This document shows positions 61,260 through 64,000 of a stretch of DNA of 64,000 bases, piece after piece (positions within the stretch are counted from its first letter, which is position 1; each line of letters begins with the position of its first letter). This DNA is from an uncultured Gemmatimonadales bacterium (lineage in GTDB: Bacteria > Gemmatimonadota > Gemmatimonadetes > Longimicrobiales > Gaopeijiaceae): assembly GCA_963809895.1 (NCBI GenBank), contig CAWELD010000003.1:1216001-1280000 (forward strand), given 5' to 3'. Both the position numbers and the translations under genes were made by a program. A model generated the notes under the pieces. It was not told where the DNA came from. It saw only the letters and a program-made list of their open reading frames with translations, and did not search any database.

Positions 61260-62945
61260 TCAGGCGTCGGCGCCGCGCTCCATGTGCTCGGGAGCGGTGA
61301 TTCCCAGAACGGTCAGGCCGTTGTGCAGCACCAGCTGGACGGCCCGGGCGAGCACCAGGCGCGCACGCCGCAGGTCGGGGTCGTCCACGAGCACCGCCAA
61401 CTCGGGGTTCCGCGACGGGTTGCCGGCGTGATACCAGGCGTTGACCGCCCCCGCCGTCTGCTCCAGGTAGTCGCACAGCAGGTGCGGCGCCCGCGCGTCG
61501 GCAGCCCGCTCCACCGTCTCGGGAAAGATCGACAGCTGGCGAACCAGGTCGCGCTCGGCCTCGTCGGCCAGCAGGGTGAGATCCGCAGCCGACGGATCGA
61601 TGGCATCCGGCACGACGCCCGCCTTCGCGAAGATGGAGTGCATGCGAGCGTGAGCGTACTGGACCTTGTAGACCGGATTCTTGTCGGATTGGTCCAGCGC
61701 CATGTCCAGGTCGAAGACCAGATGGGCTTCGGGCTTGCGCATCTGGAAGAAGTAGCGCGTGACGTCGACGCCCACCTCCTCGAAAAGCTCCCGTAGCGTG
61801 GTGTACGCGCCCGCGCGCTTGGAGAACTTCACCTCCTTGCCGGCCCGCTCCACCCTGACCATCTGGTGCAGAACGTACTCGGGGTAGCCCTCGGGAAGCC
61901 CGAGCGCCCTCAGCCCGGCGCGCACGCGGGCCACGGTGCCGTGGTGATCCGATCCCTGCACGTTGATGGCCCGGTGGAAGCCTCGCTCCCACTTGCTGAG
62001 GTGATAGGCCACGTCGGGCAGAAAATAGGTCGGCGTGCCGTCGGCGCGCAGCATGACCCGGTCCTTGTCGTCGCCGAACTCCGTGGTCCGCAGCCAGGTG
62101 GCGCCCTCAGACTCGTACACCAGACCGGTGTCCCTCAGGCGGGCCACGGTGTCGGCCACGCGCCCGTCGTCGTAGAGCGAGGACTCGAGGTAGAACTCGT
62201 CGAACCGCACCCGGAAGTCCGACAGGTCCCGGTCCTGCTCCGCCCGGAGCTCGCGCACGGCGAAGCGGCGCATGGCCTCCAGCGCCTTCGCGGAATCGTC
62301 GCCCTCGTAGCGATCCCCCACCTGGGCGCGGAGACCGCGGGCCAGCTCCTCCACGTAGGCCCCCTGGTATCCCCCTTCGGGCACGGACGCCTCCTCGCCC
62401 AACGCTTGCTGGTAGCGCGCCCATACGCTCCGGGCCAGAAGCTCCATCTGGCGCCCCGAGTCGTTGTAGTAGAACTCGCGGTGCACCGACCAGCCGGTCC
62501 ACTCCAGCAGGGTGGCGATGGCGTCGCCCAGCGCCGCCTGGCGCCCGTGGCCCAGGTGCAGGGGACCGGTGGGATTGGCCGACACCCACTCCACCACGAC
62601 GGACTCGCCTCCGCCGACGGAGCCGCGCCCGTAGTCCCCCGCCGCCTCCACCAGCGCCGCGAGGGTCTCGGCCATGGTGTCGCGGGAGAGGCGGAAATTC
62701 AGAAAGCCGGGCCCCGCCACCTCCACCGCCGCCACGCCCGCCGAGGCCAGGTCGAGGCGATCGCGGATCTCGTCGGCGATCTGTCGGGGAGCCCGCCTCA
62801 GGGTCGACGCCAGCGTCAGCGCGACGTTGGTGGCGAGGTCGCCGTGCTCCGGATCCCGCGGGCGCTCCAGGTGGACGTCGGGGTCGTCGACCCCCATCTC
62901 GGCCAGGGCCGCGGCCACCGCGGCCCGGATGTCATCGTGCGCCAC
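61260..62945 (-). CDS. argS: Arginine--tRNA ligase
   Basis: GDLATNVA, AGPGFLNF, SANPTGPLHLGHGR, YKVQYAHAR, APEHM. Confidence 0.96.
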   Translation of the reverse strand: MAHDDIRAAVAAALAEMGVDDPDVHLERPRDPEHGDLATNVALTLASTLRRAPRQIADEIRDRLDLASAGVAAVEVAGPGFLNFRLSRDTMAETLAALVEAAGDYGRGSVGGGESVVVEWVSANPTGPLHLGHGRQAALGDAIATLLEWTGWSVHREFYYNDSGRQMELLARSVWARYQQALGEEASVPEGGYQGAYVEELARGLRAQVGDRYEGDDSAKALEAMRRFAVRELRAEQDRDLSDFRVRFDEFYLESSLYDDGRVADTVARLRDTGLVYESEGATWLRTTEFGDDKDRVMLRADGTPTYFLPDVAYHLSKWERGFHRAINVQGSDHHGTVARVRAGLRALGLPEGYPEYVLHQMVRVERAGKEVKFSKRAGAYTTLRELFEEVGVDVTRYFFQMRKPEAHLVFDLDMALDQSDKNPVYKVQYAHARMHSIFAKAGVVPDAIDPSAADLTLLADEAERDLVRQLSIFPETVERAADARAPHLLCDYLEQTAGAVNAWYHAGNPSRNPELAVLVDDPDLRRARLVLARAVQLVLHNGLTVLGITAPEHMERGADA

Positions 62946-62951
62946 GGCGCG

Positions 62952-63251
62952 TCAGTCCTTCTTCGGGGTCGAGGTCGACCCGCTCGAGCCGCCCTTGTCC
63001 GAGCCTCCGTCCGCCGCCTTCTCCTTGCCGGCCTTGGCGCCCTTCTCGGCCTCGGCCTTCTTCTTGTACTCGGGGGATCGATAATCGGTGATGTAGAAGC
63101 CCTCTCCCTTGAAGAGCAGTCCGCCGCCGCCAGAGATCCGGCGCTGGGCCGGCTTCCCGCACTCGGGACAGGTCGCCACCGGGTCGTCGGACATGCGCTG
63201 GAAGAGCTCGAACTCGTGACCCTCGGGGCAGCGGTACTCGTAGGTGGGCAT
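62952..63251 (-). CDS. FmdB-family zinc-ribbon protein
   Basis: MPTYEYRC..GH.FE..Q.MSD....CPECG, FKGEGFYITDY. Confidence 0.9.
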   Translation of the reverse strand: MPTYEYRCPEGHEFELFQRMSDDPVATCPECGKPAQRRISGGGGLLFKGEGFYITDYRSPEYKKKAEAEKGAKAGKEKAADGGSDKGGSSGSTSTPKKD

Positions 63252-63374
63252 CGGGGAGGTCGGTGGATGACTGCGAAACGGGCCTCGCTAGACCCCGCGA
63301 ACAGCCTTGAATTTTAACGGTTGAGGCGGGCTCGCGGGAGTCGGGGCGCGTCCGGCGTGGCCACCCCGTCGAGC

Positions 63375-64000
63375 TCAACGGGTATCGTACGTGCCCCACT
63401 CCCCGCGCAGGACGTCGCTGATCTCGCCCAGCGTCGCCATGGCCTTCACGGCCTCGATCATGGGAGGGAGCAGGTTGTCGCCCGACACGGCCGCATGGCG
63501 CACGGTCGCCAGGGTACGCTCCACGGCCGCGTCGTCGCGACCGGACTTGAGGTCGGCCACGGCCTGGCGCTGGCGCGCCTCCAGGACCGAGTAGTCCGGC
63601 TGCTCCACCCGGGCCCGCCCCTCGCCGTCGACGTAGGCGTTCACGCCCACCACGGTCCGCTCGCCCGACTCCACCGCGAGCTGATGACGGTAGGCGGCAC
63701 GGTGGATCTCCTCCTGCATGAACTCCACGGCCCGCGCCGCGCCCCCCATGTCGTCGATACGCTCCAGATAGCCCCGGGCGCGTGTCTCGATCTCGTCGGT
63801 GAGCGACTCCACGAAGTAGCTCCCCGCCAACGGGTCCACGGTACGGGGCACCCCCGACTCCTCGGCCAGGATCTGCTGCGTCCGGAGCGCCAGCGTGGCG
63901 GATTCCTCGGCGGGCAGTGCCAGGGCTTCGTCGTAGGCGTTGGTGTGGAGCGACTGGGTCCCACCCAGCACAGCCGACAGCGCCTGCACGGTCACCCGGA
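63375..64000 (-). CDS. Methylmalonyl-CoA mutase family, substrate-binding subunit (3' part only)
   Basis: GGTQSLHTNAYDEALALP, ALRTQQILAEESG, DPLAGSYFVE, ATLGEISDVLR. Confidence 0.92.
   Translation of the reverse strand, partial: RVTVQALSAVLGGTQSLHTNAYDEALALPAEESATLALRTQQILAEESGVPRTVDPLAGSYFVESLTDEIETRARGYLERIDDMGGAARAVEFMQEEIHRAAYRHQLAVESGERTVVGVNAYVDGEGRARVEQPDYSVLEARQRQAVADLKSGRDDAAVERTLATVRHAAVSGDNLLPPMIEAVKAMATLGEISDVLRGEWGTYDTR

Overview
High-GC bacterial window; gene content and order suggest Gemmatimonadota (inference only). A minus-strand tmRNA gene (ssrA, 38664-39015, tag ANTDLALAA) divides it in two. The right part (39.1-64 kb) is housekeeping: dusB, PTS IIA, selB, recO, metK, a PTS/HPr/HprK cluster, hpf, nusB, the rib operon, purM, argS and a partial methylmalonyl-CoA mutase. 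The left part (1-38 kb) is an accessory catabolic region with decayed IS21 and IS5-type elements, two convergent operons (thiolases, SDR, CoA ligases, CocE/NonD hydrolases, peptidases, amidohydrolases, APC permeases, BKACE, 3-hydroxyacid dehydrogenase, GntR, ECF sigma) and a fecR-susC-susD operon. Three non-coding signals stand out. (1) A ~261-bp tandem repeat array directly downstream of ssrA is built from sense, antisense and T-loop-interrupted copies of the tmRNA 3' end plus hairpins. (2) Four exact copies of a promoter-like motif, TAGGTACAA-N15-CGTC, head the accessory operons and define a candidate regulon for the displaced ECF sigma. (3) A sigma70 promoter overlapped by a palindrome precedes the GntR/sigma operon. 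All calls come from reading the sequence and motifs by eye; no database searches were run.
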